Shown: piece by piece, positions 38,442-48,645 of the stretch | Layout of the letters: every line of letters begins with the position of its first letter | Numbering within the stretch: position 1 is the first letter of the stretch | Assembly (NCBI GenBank): GCA_964500725.1 | Contig: CAZCNP010000001.1 | Location: 64,766-128,765, forward strand | Direction: 5' to 3' | Origin: an uncultured Gammaproteobacteria bacterium | GTDB lineage: Bacteria > Patescibacteriota > Microgenomatia > Daviesbacterales > UBA10151 | DNA length: 64,000 nt | Translations under genes and position numbers: made by a program | Notes under the pieces: generated by a model | What the model saw: only the letters and a program-made list of their open reading frames with translations | What the model was told of the DNA's origin: nothing | Databases searched by the model: none

Positions 38442-39349
38442 AAGTATTAATCATCACTGGCGGCACCTCATCTGAAAGGCCTGTATCTTTAAAATCAGCT
38501 CGTCAAGTCAAAAAAGGCTTGGAAGAAAGTAATCATCAAGCAACACTTTTCGACCTTAAAAAAGGTAAAGAAAAATTAAAAGAAACAGCAAAGAAATTTG
38601 ATGTAATCTTTCCAGTTCTGCATGGAGAAGAAGGAGAAGGAGGAACTTTGCAAAAATTATTAGCTGATATAGGAAAACCTTTTGTAGGTGGTGATCCAAA
38701 AGGATTTAAAGAAGGCTGGTATAAAATATCTTTCAAAAAATTCTGTAATAAAAATAAAATTTTAACTGCTCCTTGGAAAAAAGTAAAAAGCAAAATAGAT
38801 ATGATTAAATTTGGTTTTCCATCTGTGTTAAAAGCCTCAAATGGAGGTTCATCAAAAGAAGTTATTATTCTAAAAACAGAAGGTGATTTAAAAAAGGCTG
38901 ATTGCCAAAAGCTGCTCAAATCAAATACTGATTTATTTGTAGAAAGATTCCTTCCAGGTATTGAAGTTACTGCTGCTATATTAGACAACAAAGCTTTACC
39001 TTTAATAGAAATTGTTCCTCCTAAAGGAGGTTGGTTTGATTATAAAAATAAGTATTCTGGAGCAACAAAAGAGATTACAAACGCGCCCTCTGTCAACAAA
39101 TCTTTAACAAAATCAGTTCAAAAAATGGCCTTAAAAATCCATCAACTTTTAAATCTAGGGTCTTACTCTAGAATTGACTTTATTATCTTTGAAGGTAAAC
39201 CATATGTTTTAGAAATTAATACCATCCCAGGATTAACTTCAGAGTCTCTTTTTCCAAAAGCAGCTAAAGCAGTTGGAATTTCATTCCCTAAACTAATGGA
39301 TAAATTAGTTAAGATGGCTTATGAGGAAAAACTTTCTAAAACCAAATGA
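38438..39349 (+). CDS. ddl: D-alanine--D-alanine ligase
   Basis: GGTSSER.VSL.S, LHG..GE.G, FDYKNKY, EINTIPGLT..SL.P. Confidence 0.95.
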   Translation: MKVLIITGGTSSERPVSLKSARQVKKGLEESNHQATLFDLKKGKEKLKETAKKFDVIFPVLHGEEGEGGTLQKLLADIGKPFVGGDPKGFKEGWYKISFKKFCNKNKILTAPWKKVKSKIDMIKFGFPSVLKASNGGSSKEVIILKTEGDLKKADCQKLLKSNTDLFVERFLPGIEVTAAILDNKALPLIEIVPPKGGWFDYKNKYSGATKEITNAPSVNKSLTKSVQKMALKIHQLLNLGSYSRIDFIIFEGKPYVLEINTIPGLTSESLFPKAAKAVGISFPKLMDKLVKMAYEEKLSKTK

Positions 39350-39932
39350 TCCGCGGTTAATCCAAATCTCTCAAGAAATCCCTAAGGACCAGATTAATTC
39401 CAAAGGTACTAAAAAAATTATTGATGCAATGCTCAACATTGCTTATGGAGAACAAAAGAAGAAAGATAAACCTATTATGGTAGGACTAGCTGCTCCCCAA
39501 ATAGGTATTTTAAAAAGAATAATTTTAGTGGATACAGCAGCAGATGGCAAAGGACAAGTGGGAGAGTTAAAAGTTTTTATAAACCCAAAAATAACCTGGA
39601 GATCCAAAAGAAAAAGGGAGTGGTATGAAGGATGCTACTCTACAGGCAAAGTTTGTGGCATAGTCTCACGTCCAATTTCTATAAAAATCCAAGCATTGAC
39701 GATCCAGGGCGACACCCTGGAGGCTAGATATACAGGGTATGTAGCCAGAATTTTCCAGCATGAAATTGATCACTTAGATGGAAAAGTATTTATAGATTTA
39801 ATCAAAGATGAAGACAAACTCCACATAGTAGAAAAAGCAGAATTTTCTTTATATAGAGATGAGCAAGCTTGGAGACACTGGCCCAATAAATGCTCTTTCC
39901 AAGAGTGGCACAAAATTAGTAGTATACTCTAA
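39321..39932 (+). CDS. def: Peptide deformylase
   Basis: GLAAPQIG, EGCYS, QHEIDHLDG. Confidence 0.93.
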   Translation: MRKNFLKPNDPRLIQISQEIPKDQINSKGTKKIIDAMLNIAYGEQKKKDKPIMVGLAAPQIGILKRIILVDTAADGKGQVGELKVFINPKITWRSKRKREWYEGCYSTGKVCGIVSRPISIKIQALTIQGDTLEARYTGYVARIFQHEIDHLDGKVFIDLIKDEDKLHIVEKAEFSLYRDEQAWRHWPNKCSFQEWHKISSIL

Positions 39933-39935
39933 TTA

Positions 39936-40160
39936 ATGGTTAGACTGTTTCGAAATATTACAATTATCTTCCTTACAGTTATTCTTTGCATACTTGTACT
40001 TTATTTAATGCTTTACCTTTACTCCTCACAAAAATTTCTTCAGTTTAGGTGGTGCGAAAACTGCAACTATAACATGGGTAGAGCAGTAACTGTAAGTTGT
40101 ATAGGTATAAAAATTAAACAAACTGTAGCTTTTAAAAGTTGTCGTAGCTTCCCAATTTAA
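39936..40160 (+). CDS. Small hypothetical membrane protein with Cys residues
   Basis: N-terminal TM; fills the gap after def. Confidence 0.4.
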   Translation: MVRLFRNITIIFLTVILCILVLYLMLYLYSSQKFLQFRWCENCNYNMGRAVTVSCIGIKIKQTVAFKSCRSFPI

Positions 40161-40195
40161 TAGGTTGGGATATACAATTCATTACTTTAAGGCCC

Positions 40196-40250
40196 TTGCT
40201 TCTGGAAGGCTGAAAAAGGTATAATCAAAGCAGAGCGAAAGCTCTTTTTT
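40196..40250 (+). promoter_or_regulatory. Candidate gyrA promoter followed by a GAAA-tetraloop hairpin and T-run
   Basis: TTGCTT-N18-TATAAT; agagc-gaaa-gctct-ttttt at 40232-40250. Confidence 0.5.
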
Positions 40251-40263
40251 AGTTCACTTCTTT

Positions 40264-42708
40264 ATGTCAAACATTGGAAAAGTACAGCCAGCACCTATTA
40301 TAGAAGAGATGCAGAAGTCTTATTTGGACTATGCCATGTCTGTTATTGTTTCAAGAGCTTTACCAGATGTTAGAGATGGATTAAAACCAGTGCAGAGAAG
40401 AATAATCTATGCCATGGCCGAACAAGGCTTGCACCACACAGCCCGTTTCCAAAAATCAGCTGCTGTTGTTGGAGAAGTATTGAAAAATTTCCACCCACAT
40501 GGTGATGCCCCAGTTTATGAGGCTATGGTTAGAATGGCCCAAAACTTTTCCATGAGGTATATGTTAGTTGATGGCCAAGGAAACTTTGGTTCTATAGATG
40601 GAGACAGTCCTGCGGCAATGCGTTATACAGAGGCTAGACTATCAGCTATTGCTGATGAACTCTTAAGAGATATCAATAAAAATACTGTTGAATTTGTAGA
40701 CAACTATTCTGGCACTACCAAAGAACCAGTTTTACTCCCATCAGTTATCCCTAACTTACTGCTTAATGGTGCCTCTGGTATTGCTGTTGGTATGGCCACT
40801 CAGATCCCGCCTCATAATTTAGGAGAAATTTGTGATGCTCTTGCGCATATGATAGAACACCCTGAGGCTACTGTAGAAGACCTCCTGCAATTTGTCAAAG
40901 GCCCTGATTTTCCAACAGGTGCTTCTATATATGATCAAACAGAAATTTTAGCTGCATATGCTACAGGCAAAGGTAGAATAGTAATGAGAGCAAAGGCAGA
41001 AATAGATGAAACCCCACAAGGCAAAATGCAAATTATTGTTTCTGAATTACCATACCAAGTAAACAAAGCCACTTTGATTGCCAGAATTGCTGAGATGGTT
41101 AAAGATAAAAAGCTTGAAGGAATAGCAGACTTGCGGGATGAATCAGACAGAAAACAAATGGTTAGAATTGTATTTGACTTAAAAAGAGATGCTAAACCTC
41201 AATCACTTTTAAATAACCTCTATAAACATACTGCTATGCAGTCTGTATTTAATGTTAATCTTGTAGCTTTGGTTGATGGAGTCCCGCATCTTTTAACTTT
41301 AAAACGCGTCCTAGAAGAATTTATTCACCACAGACAAACAGTTGTTAGAAGAAGGTCGGAATATGAACTGGCTGAAGCAAAAGCACGAGAGCATATTTTA
41401 GAAGGTTTAAAAATTGCTGTTGATAATATAGATGCTGTCATTGAAACAATCAAAAAAAGCAAGGATGCAGATACTGCCAGAGAGAACTTGATAAGCAAGT
41501 TTAAACTTTCAGAACTTCAAGCTGTTGCTATTTTGGATATGCAGCTTCGAAGACTGGCAGCGCTTGAAAGACAAAAGATTGAAGATGAGTTAAAGATGGT
41601 CCGTGAAACCATTACTTATTTGGAAGATTTACTTGCCCATCCTGAGAAAATACTAAAAGTGATCAAAGAAGAGTTAACAAGAATTAAAGAAAGATATGGA
41701 GATGATAGAAAAACCAGAGTTTATAAACAAAAAGTAGGGGAGTTTCCTGAGGAGGATTTAGTACCTAATGAAGTTACTATTGCCACCATTACAGAGGGGG
41801 GTTATATCAAAAGACAATCACCAATGTCTTTTAGAACCCAGCAAAGAGGTGGCAAAGGGGTAATGGGTATATCTACCAAAGAAACAGATGCTGTTTCTCA
41901 TATTTTCTATACTCAAACACACGACAGCATTTTATTCTTTACAGACAAGGGAAGAGTTTTTCAAATTAAAGTTTGGGAAATTCCAGAAACTCAAAGAGCT
42001 GCCAAAGGCCAGGCTATAGTAAATCTAATTAATGTTGAACAAGGTGAAAAAGTTACAGCAGTTTTGACTACCCGCCAAAAAGGAGAAAGCGCCCAGTTCT
42101 TCTTTATGTGCACCTGCAAAGGAACAGTTAAAAAAACTGCTATTTCAGAATATACCAATATTAGAAAAAGCGGTTTGGTAGCAATCAAGTTAGATACTGG
42201 TGATGAGTTAGGCTGGGTAGCTGCCACCTCAGGCAAAGATGATTTAATTATTGTAGCAAGGTCAGGCAAATCAATCCGTTTCTCAGAATCTCAGGTCAAA
42301 CCTACTCATAGAGATACATCTGGTGTTAGAGGAATAAGATTAGGAAAAGATGATGAGGTGGTTTCCTTAAATCTGATTCAAAACAATGATGATAAATTGC
42401 TGGTAATTATGGAAAATGGACTGGGCAAAAAAACACCTTTCTCAGCCTGGAGCAAACAGGGCAGGGGAGGACAGGGAGTTAAAGCAGCACAAGTTACCTC
42501 CAAAACTGGACCAATTGTTACAGCTGCAGCAGTAGATGGAACAATGGATACTTTAGTGTTAACCTCTACCAAAGGACAGCTAATCAAGATGAATCTGGAA
42601 GAGGTGCCTACTTTGCAACGCCAAACCCAGGGTGTAATTTTAATGAGAGTCAGACCTGGGGAAAAAGTAGCAGCAGCAACAGTAGTTTCATCAAAAGAGA
42701 AAACCTAA
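40264..42708 (+). CDS. gyrA: DNA gyrase subunit A
   Basis: [22 protein letters not shown], GyrA-box QQRGGKG. Confidence 0.97.
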   Translation: MSNIGKVQPAPIIEEMQKSYLDYAMSVIVSRALPDVRDGLKPVQRRIIYAMAEQGLHHTARFQKSAAVVGEVLKNFHPHGDAPVYEAMVRMAQNFSMRYMLVDGQGNFGSIDGDSPAAMRYTEARLSAIADELLRDINKNTVEFVDNYSGTTKEPVLLPSVIPNLLLNGASGIAVGMATQIPPHNLGEICDALAHMIEHPEATVEDLLQFVKGPDFPTGASIYDQTEILAAYATGKGRIVMRAKAEIDETPQGKMQIIVSELPYQVNKATLIARIAEMVKDKKLEGIADLRDESDRKQMVRIVFDLKRDAKPQSLLNNLYKHTAMQSVFNVNLVALVDGVPHLLTLKRVLEEFIHHRQTVVRRRSEYELAEAKAREHILEGLKIAVDNIDAVIETIKKSKDADTARENLISKFKLSELQAVAILDMQLRRLAALERQKIEDELKMVRETITYLEDLLAHPEKILKVIKEELTRIKERYGDDRKTRVYKQKVGEFPEEDLVPNEVTIATITEGGYIKRQSPMSFRTQQRGGKGVMGISTKETDAVSHIFYTQTHDSILFFTDKGRVFQIKVWEIPETQRAAKGQAIVNLINVEQGEKVTAVLTTRQKGESAQFFFMCTCKGTVKKTAISEYTNIRKSGLVAIKLDTGDELGWVAATSGKDDLIIVARSGKSIRFSESQVKPTHRDTSGVRGIRLGKDDEVVSLNLIQNNDDKLLVIMENGLGKKTPFSAWSKQGRGGQGVKAAQVTSKTGPIVTAAAVDGTMDTLVLTSTKGQLIKMNLEEVPTLQRQTQGVILMRVRPGEKVAAATVVSSKEKT

Positions 42709-42918
42709 ATGGGCAAAGAAAAACTGCTTTCAACTATAGCTATCATTTATTTTATGTTGGGGTTTGTGTTTGCTGTTAGTTTTGCACTTTATTACCGCTG
42801 GTCAGCTTATTCTTTTTTATCCCCAGGGTTTTATAGTGTGATTTTTACCTGGCCATTTCAGCTTATTGGCTTTGCAAGCGATTTCCTCAACTATGGCCTC
42901 GCAGGAAAACCTATATAA
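42709..42918 (+). CDS. Small hypothetical membrane protein
   Basis: Hydrophobic 69-aa ORF abutting the gyrA stop. Confidence 0.6.
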   Translation: MGKEKLLSTIAIIYFMLGFVFAVSFALYYRWSAYSFLSPGFYSVIFTWPFQLIGFASDFLNYGLAGKPI

Positions 42919-42970
42919 TTTATACAACTTTCTGATATAATCATTCCTCTAATAAAGATATAAATGAAAT

Positions 42971-44728
42971 ATGGTTGCAGAACTTGAACGTATAGATACC
43001 ACAATACAAGGAACAACTAATACTATCGGCGAGAGACCGTCAATTGATCCTAATACCTCACCTCCCTGGTGGTTTAGATTTCCAACTCTAATTGTAAACA
43101 GCAATCTCCATATTATTGACCAAGGCAGAAAAACAAATCATACAGAAGCAGCTCAAGTTTTCGACGCTGCCCGACCTATGTTGGAAACAATAGCAAGAGA
43201 ATTTGAAAGAGCAGGATGCAGCACTATTACAGTTTCACATAATGAAGAAGTACCTATCACCACAAACGGATCCCATGATAACCCTGCCTACTCAATCACT
43301 ATTAATCCAGTATATCTAGGATCTTTACCCAAACAAGTTGAGATAGCCCTAGCAGATTACAGACTTCATCCTGATGATCCTCGTTTATTAAAAGCCTTAA
43401 AAAAATACCTTCCTGAAGAAAAAACACCTTTATTGGCAGGCATAGGAAACAGATTATTACGAATACTCCAGCGACGCAAGGATCCAGAAGAGAAAAAACA
43501 AGAATCGGAAAAGAACTTCGTCAATATGATTTTTATCAGGGATGACAACGGCGCAATCGCAGCTGCCCCTGACCGCGCAAAACAGTTATTTAATTGGACA
43601 TTAATGGCCAAAGTAGGAGCTTTTAAAGAAACTATTACTGCATTTAAAGAAGCCGGCGGCGAAATCGAGTTTAGCAATCATATTTTAGCAACCCTAGAAG
43701 GTGGCCACCCATTTTTAGAATCTATTGATCTAGCACAACATTTAATGGTAGTTGGTTCCACTAAAAGCGTTGGGAGTGCTGAAGTAATAGAAAACGTTGA
43801 CCCCATATCGAGGCGACTTTGGAGAAACTCACCCGTAGTTAATGGTCTTCGGGAGCTAGGGAAATTTCTGGGCCGCAGAGATTTATTATCACCTCCACTA
43901 GCTTTTCATCAAATGGTACGCAGTAGACTCCTTCAACGAAAATTAAAAAAAATTGCAAAATTTGCGCGTCAAGCTGAAGGAGCTTTTTGGGGATTTTATC
44001 CAAAACAGAAAATGGTAGAATCAGCAACAGCTCTTATGGATCCTCCGCTGACTGGAGTTGCCATAGTTACCTCATCTGGAAAATTTGGCGCTATCAAAAC
44101 TAAACTTGGATTTAAAGATATAGTTACTTCAATACCCGCAAGAAAGAAACATCCTACAGATGAATCAAAAATTGTCTATTTACCTGTTCAGGGACAAGAG
44201 GTTAGAAAGCCTTCCGTAGAAGCAGAAGAATTTACCTGGCCAGTCTACGAACTTGCCTCAGAAAACCCTGAGACATACACCGTAAGACTTCAAGAAACTA
44301 AAGACGGGTATATAAAATCCTCTGAGGGAGATATCACAGCCCCAGTTGTAAAAGGTGTAGCGCACTTACACGATAAAGCAATTATTAAAGAAGGAGTTGA
44401 TGATATTTTTGAGGTAGATACTTCAGAATTTCCAGCTTTTGGTTGTGGGGTGGATTTAATGCAAGAAATGAGCAGGAGAGTGATGAAAAAAGCAATCGAT
44501 ACATGGATCAAACGAGGAAGAAAAGACAAAGCAGCTATCTTTTATGTTCCAAATCATGGTTATAATATAATGACTTTCTGGAAAGAAGACAAAAATGGCA
44601 TCATTCCAGAAGATCCATTTGCGTTGCTTAAAGAAGCGGTAGAAAAAGGTGAATTAATAATCACAAGAGAAGTGCCTCAACGTCATTACTACCGACCACT
44701 GGACGATTATTATGCTAAAACAGCCTAG
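42971..44728 (+). CDS. 585-aa hypothetical protein; C-terminus weakly class II aldolase-like
   Basis: Long ORF; PSVE...HLH...CG...NHG motifs. Confidence 0.6.
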   Translation: MVAELERIDTTIQGTTNTIGERPSIDPNTSPPWWFRFPTLIVNSNLHIIDQGRKTNHTEAAQVFDAARPMLETIAREFERAGCSTITVSHNEEVPITTNGSHDNPAYSITINPVYLGSLPKQVEIALADYRLHPDDPRLLKALKKYLPEEKTPLLAGIGNRLLRILQRRKDPEEKKQESEKNFVNMIFIRDDNGAIAAAPDRAKQLFNWTLMAKVGAFKETITAFKEAGGEIEFSNHILATLEGGHPFLESIDLAQHLMVVGSTKSVGSAEVIENVDPISRRLWRNSPVVNGLRELGKFLGRRDLLSPPLAFHQMVRSRLLQRKLKKIAKFARQAEGAFWGFYPKQKMVESATALMDPPLTGVAIVTSSGKFGAIKTKLGFKDIVTSIPARKKHPTDESKIVYLPVQGQEVRKPSVEAEEFTWPVYELASENPETYTVRLQETKDGYIKSSEGDITAPVVKGVAHLHDKAIIKEGVDDIFEVDTSEFPAFGCGVDLMQEMSRRVMKKAIDTWIKRGRKDKAAIFYVPNHGYNIMTFWKEDKNGIIPEDPFALLKEAVEKGELIITREVPQRHYYRPLDDYYAKTA

Positions 44729-44730
44729 TT

Positions 44731-45006
44731 TTATTTACTTCCTAGAAACTTTTGAACTGCATCATTTAGGTAATTTGATAACCTGGCTATAATAAAAGCA
44801 GATAAAAGGAAATCCCAAAAAGGATTTAAAATTTCTGTTCCTAAAAAAATATTAAATAAACTTACCTGGTAACCAAAAGTTAAAAGAATTGCTATTGCTA
44901 AAGAAAGCAGGGGAATATAAGGCTTTAACTGCCTAACACTTCCCAACAAATATTCAATAATAGCCTCATTTAGAGTAACAAAGATAAAAATTACAAACCA
45001 GTTCAT
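44731..45006 (-). CDS. Hypothetical membrane protein
   Basis: Hydrophobic ORF overlapping its upstream neighbour. Confidence 0.65.
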   Translation of the reverse strand: MNWFVIFIFVTLNEAIIEYLLGSVRQLKPYIPLLSLAIAILLTFGYQVSLFNIFLGTEILNPFWDFLLSAFIIARLSNYLNDAVQKFLGSK

Positions 45007-45290
45007 TTAGATTGGGCAGGAAGAGCAATTAGCAGTTTGTACAGGTTAATCAAAGCTCCCACTATTGTCAAGGTTTCATCTTGTTTGTGTTCATTCAAAT
45101 CCTCTTGAGTGGATTGTGTTAGTCTCATCTGTAGATCAGTAATTTCTTTATCTTTTTCTAATATAGCCTCTTGCAAACTTATCACCTGCTGGTTTAAAGA
45201 AGCCAAGGTTGTCTGGAAATTTTCAATCTGATCCTGAAAAAAGGCATTAGAGGTAGTAGATTGTGGAGTATTAAAGATTATTTCAGACAT
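45003..45290 (-). CDS. Hypothetical coiled-coil protein
   Basis: Heptad-like Q/E/L-rich ORF. Confidence 0.6.
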   Translation of the reverse strand: MSEIIFNTPQSTTSNAFFQDQIENFQTTLASLNQQVISLQEAILEKDKEITDLQMRLTQSTQEDLNEHKQDETLTIVGALINLYKLLIALPAQSK

Positions 45291-45338
45291 TAATATTGAG
45301 CAGGATGAAGCTAATATACCTAAAGCAGTCTCAGCTTG

Positions 45339-47651
45339 TCAAATCTTAAAAAGCATCTGCAGTGGAGGATAAGTCAAAATCAAAAGCTGCATCACTAAAA
45401 CAAAGACAACTGAGGCAAACAATTTTTTATTGGAAAGTATTGAATGATGCCTTCTAATAATAAATGGCAGAGTCATCTGAAAAACTACCATTGCAGTAAA
45501 AGTAGCATTTCTGGCTGTTTGTAACCCAAAATTAGAAAGAAGGTAGTAAAAGATCCCTAAACAGAAAACTGCAATAATACCACCAACAGCAATTACATAT
45601 CTGAGCATATTTGGTCCCAGCAGATTGGAGTCTTTTCTGGGAGGATTTTTCATCACATGCTTTGAAGGACTATCAAATCCTAAGCTTAATGCTGGCAATC
45701 CATCTGTGACAAAATTTATCCAAAGAATCTGGGCAGGCAGCAGGGGAGTAGGAAAGCCTAAAACAACAGCAAAAACTATTAGTAATGTTTCTGATAAATT
45801 CCCTGTCAGCAAAAATTTCACCACTTTTAAAATATTGCTATAAATTAACCTACCTTGCTCAATGGCTGTAACCAGAGTAGCAAAGTTATCATCCAGCAAA
45901 ATAATATCTGATGCCTCCTTGGAAACATCTGTGCCAATTTTGCCCATAGAAACACCAACTTCAGCCTGTTTTAAAGCCAACACGTCATTAACCCCATCAC
46001 CTGTAACTGCCACCACCTCTCCTAGTCTTTGCAAAGTCTGGACAATCCTTAATTTTTCCTGGGGAGTAATTCTGGCAAAGATTTTGACCTTGTTAATCCT
46101 TTTTTGCAGCTGTTCATCACTAAGTTCTTGCAGCTGAACTCCAGTTAACACCTCATCTCCTAATTTTAACAGCCCCAAATCTTCACCAATTGCCTTGGCT
46201 GTCAACTCATTGTCACCTGTCACCATTATCACCTCAATGCCAGCATCCTTGGCTACTCTGATAGCTTCCTTAGCTTCTGGACGCACCTCATCTGCAATGC
46301 CCGCCAAACCTAAAAACTGCCCATCCTTGGAAAAGGCTAAAGTCCGAAGACCTTTTTTGGCCATTTTTTGATACTCTAAGTCCCATTTTTCTTTTTCCTT
46401 TTCAGATAAACGGCAGTCAGCGATTAAGACTTCAGGCGCGCCTTTGGTAAAGGCAGTTTTTTGGCTGCCTTCCTGCCAAACAACTGTCATTTTTCTGCTC
46501 TTTAGATCAAAAGGAATTTCTTCAACAAGTTTTCCCTCAGCTCTTTCCAAATCAATATCCAACCCTTTATCTTTTGCCCAAAGCAATAAAGCACCTTCAG
46601 TAGTATCACCCAAAATATCAAAGCTGCCCCCGTCTTCTTTTAATACTAGGGAAGCGCTATTGCAAAGCACTGCGCATTTTAGAAGCTCATTTTCCTTGCG
46701 ATCTTTAATGCTAACTTCTTTTACTCTCATTTCATTTTTGGTCAAAGTACCTGTTTTATCAGTAACAATTACTGTAGCTGCGCCCAACGACTCAACAGCA
46801 ATCATTTTTCTGACTAAGGCTTTTTTGTGGTACATTCTTCTAACTCCCAATGCCAAAACTAGTGTCAGTACTGTAGGCAATCCCTCAGGCACAATTGCAA
46901 CCATTAAAGCAATGCTGCCTAAAAGCACCTGGGTAATTTCAAAGCCTTGAAAAACCCGTAGAGCAAAAACCACAGCAGAGATGCCAAGCGCTCCGATACC
47001 AATCCCGCGGCTTAAAGTTTCCAGGGCTTTTTCTAGAGGAGTTTGTTCGTCCTCTATTTGAGTTAAATCCTGGGCAATAGTCCCAAACTTTGTTTTTAAT
47101 CCTGTTTGGGTAACTAAAATCTTAGCCCGGCCGGAAACTACAGTAGTACCAAAGAAAACTAAATTCTCGCTTTGCTTGCTGGTCTTGGCAACAGGCAGGG
47201 ACTCGCCAGTCAAAACCGACTCATTAACCTGCAGCAGGTAGCTTTCTATAATTTGCCCGTCTGCTGGAACTTTATCACCAGATTCTAAAATCACCACATC
47301 TTCTGGAACAAGATGAGTTGATTGAATTTCAACTTCTTTACCATCCCTTAGGACTCTGGCAAATTCAACTTCAAATTTCTTCAATGCTTCCAGCTCTTTT
47401 GAGGCTTTGTATTCCTGCCAAAAACCTAAAACGATATTTAAAAGCAAAATTGCAGCAATTAAAAATACATCTATAAAATCCCCAACAACCAAAGAAAGTA
47501 CCACTGCTCCAAAAAGCAAAAAAGCAAAAGGATTTTTAATTTGCCTGAGAAACACTTTAAAAGCAGAAATCCTATTCTTTTGAGGAAGGGTATTTAAACC
47601 ATATTTTATTAAAGCCTCTTGAGCTTTTGCGGAAGTAAGTCCTAATATCAT
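45339..47651 (-). CDS. Cation-transporting P-type ATPase (type IIA-like)
   Basis: LTGES, PEGLP, DKTGTLT, KGAPE, TGDN, TGDGVND, QILWINFVTD. Confidence 0.95.
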   Translation of the reverse strand: MILGLTSAKAQEALIKYGLNTLPQKNRISAFKVFLRQIKNPFAFLLFGAVVLSLVVGDFIDVFLIAAILLLNIVLGFWQEYKASKELEALKKFEVEFARVLRDGKEVEIQSTHLVPEDVVILESGDKVPADGQIIESYLLQVNESVLTGESLPVAKTSKQSENLVFFGTTVVSGRAKILVTQTGLKTKFGTIAQDLTQIEDEQTPLEKALETLSRGIGIGALGISAVVFALRVFQGFEITQVLLGSIALMVAIVPEGLPTVLTLVLALGVRRMYHKKALVRKMIAVESLGAATVIVTDKTGTLTKNEMRVKEVSIKDRKENELLKCAVLCNSASLVLKEDGGSFDILGDTTEGALLLWAKDKGLDIDLERAEGKLVEEIPFDLKSRKMTVVWQEGSQKTAFTKGAPEVLIADCRLSEKEKEKWDLEYQKMAKKGLRTLAFSKDGQFLGLAGIADEVRPEAKEAIRVAKDAGIEVIMVTGDNELTAKAIGEDLGLLKLGDEVLTGVQLQELSDEQLQKRINKVKIFARITPQEKLRIVQTLQRLGEVVAVTGDGVNDVLALKQAEVGVSMGKIGTDVSKEASDIILLDDNFATLVTAIEQGRLIYSNILKVVKFLLTGNLSETLLIVFAVVLGFPTPLLPAQILWINFVTDGLPALSLGFDSPSKHVMKNPPRKDSNLLGPNMLRYVIAVGGIIAVFCLGIFYYLLSNFGLQTARNATFTAMVVFQMTLPFIIRRHHSILSNKKLFASVVFVLVMQLLILTYPPLQMLFKI

Positions 47652-48202
47652 TTTAATAAACTAACAGGCATAACGATTAAAAGTATACCTGCAGTATTTA
47701 ATACGTAAGTTACAATTGCTATTTGGTAATATTTTAACTTAGAAATTCCAAGCATCACCAAACCCAACTCGTCTGGCAGGGGAGAGGCTACAATTAGCGC
47801 TCCTACTACTGGAGTAAGAAAAGTTAGTTTCCATTTTATGAGAAAATAATTAATTTTTTCAAACCGTAATTGATGGGATACTAAATTAATCTCAGAAGAG
47901 ATTCCTTCTCTAAAGAATTTAATAATTATTATATCTGCTAAAGCTGAACCAAATCCTGCCAGCAAAGCTAAACTAAAAGGGTTATTACTCTTGGCCAGCA
48001 CAACAAGCATTGCAAGTGAAATCGGAGAAGTTAAAAATGAAGTATAAAACATTCCGGCAATAAATTCTGCAACAAACTTCAATGGCAAAATTGTTCCCAC
48101 CAAATTATTTAGCAAACCGTTTCTAATAAGATACCAGGAAACAATCACACTGATAGTAAAGATTGTAGTTTTTACAATGAATCTTCTTCGACTTGAGTCC
48201 AC
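47648..48202 (-). CDS. Hypothetical membrane protein
   Basis: Multi-TM; ASPLPDELG motif. Confidence 0.7.
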   Translation of the reverse strand: MDSSRRRFIVKTTIFTISVIVSWYLIRNGLLNNLVGTILPLKFVAEFIAGMFYTSFLTSPISLAMLVVLAKSNNPFSLALLAGFGSALADIIIIKFFREGISSEINLVSHQLRFEKINYFLIKWKLTFLTPVVGALIVASPLPDELGLVMLGISKLKYYQIAIVTYVLNTAGILLIVMPVSLLK

Positions 48203-48223
48203 TACTTTAGTGTATCAAAAATA

Positions 48224-48280
48224 TTGACATTAAAGAATAACTACTACATGATAGTATTAAGACAACAAAAAAAGGAGGTG
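48224..48280 (+). promoter_or_regulatory. Sigma70 promoter plus strong SD for the holin-family gene
   Basis: TTGACA-N17-CATGAT; AAGGAGGTG shortly before TTG 48287. Confidence 0.6.
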
Positions 48281-48286
48281 ATAGTT

Positions 48287-48643
48287 TTGCAAATCTTAAT
48301 AGCTTTAGTATTAAATACAGTAGCGCTGCTTATAACAGCCTATATTGTTCCAGGATTTCAAGTCCAAAATTTTACCACAGCTTTACTTGCTGCTATTGTT
48401 TTAGGGGTAGTTAATACCTTTATTAAACCAATTCTACACTTTATCACAGCGCCATTATCACTGATTACATTAGGACTATTTGCTTTTGTGGTAAATGCTG
48501 TAGTTTTATTTATAGTAGCTTCTATAGTTAAAGGGCTAACAATTGATGGCTGGCTTCCAGCAATACTGGGAGGTATAGTCTTATCAGTTGTTTCTACGCT
48601 GTTAAATGCAGTCTTGAAAGACTTGGGTAAATTGGGGAAGTAA
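48287..48643 (+). CDS. Phage holin family (YvlD/DUF360) membrane protein
   Basis: VPG...AAIVLGVVN..IKPIL...PL..ITLGLF..VVNA; start moved to the SD-led TTG. Confidence 0.85.
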   Translation: MQILIALVLNTVALLITAYIVPGFQVQNFTTALLAAIVLGVVNTFIKPILHFITAPLSLITLGLFAFVVNAVVLFIVASIVKGLTIDGWLPAILGGIVLSVVSTLLNAVLKDLGKLGK

Positions 48644-48645
48644 TA

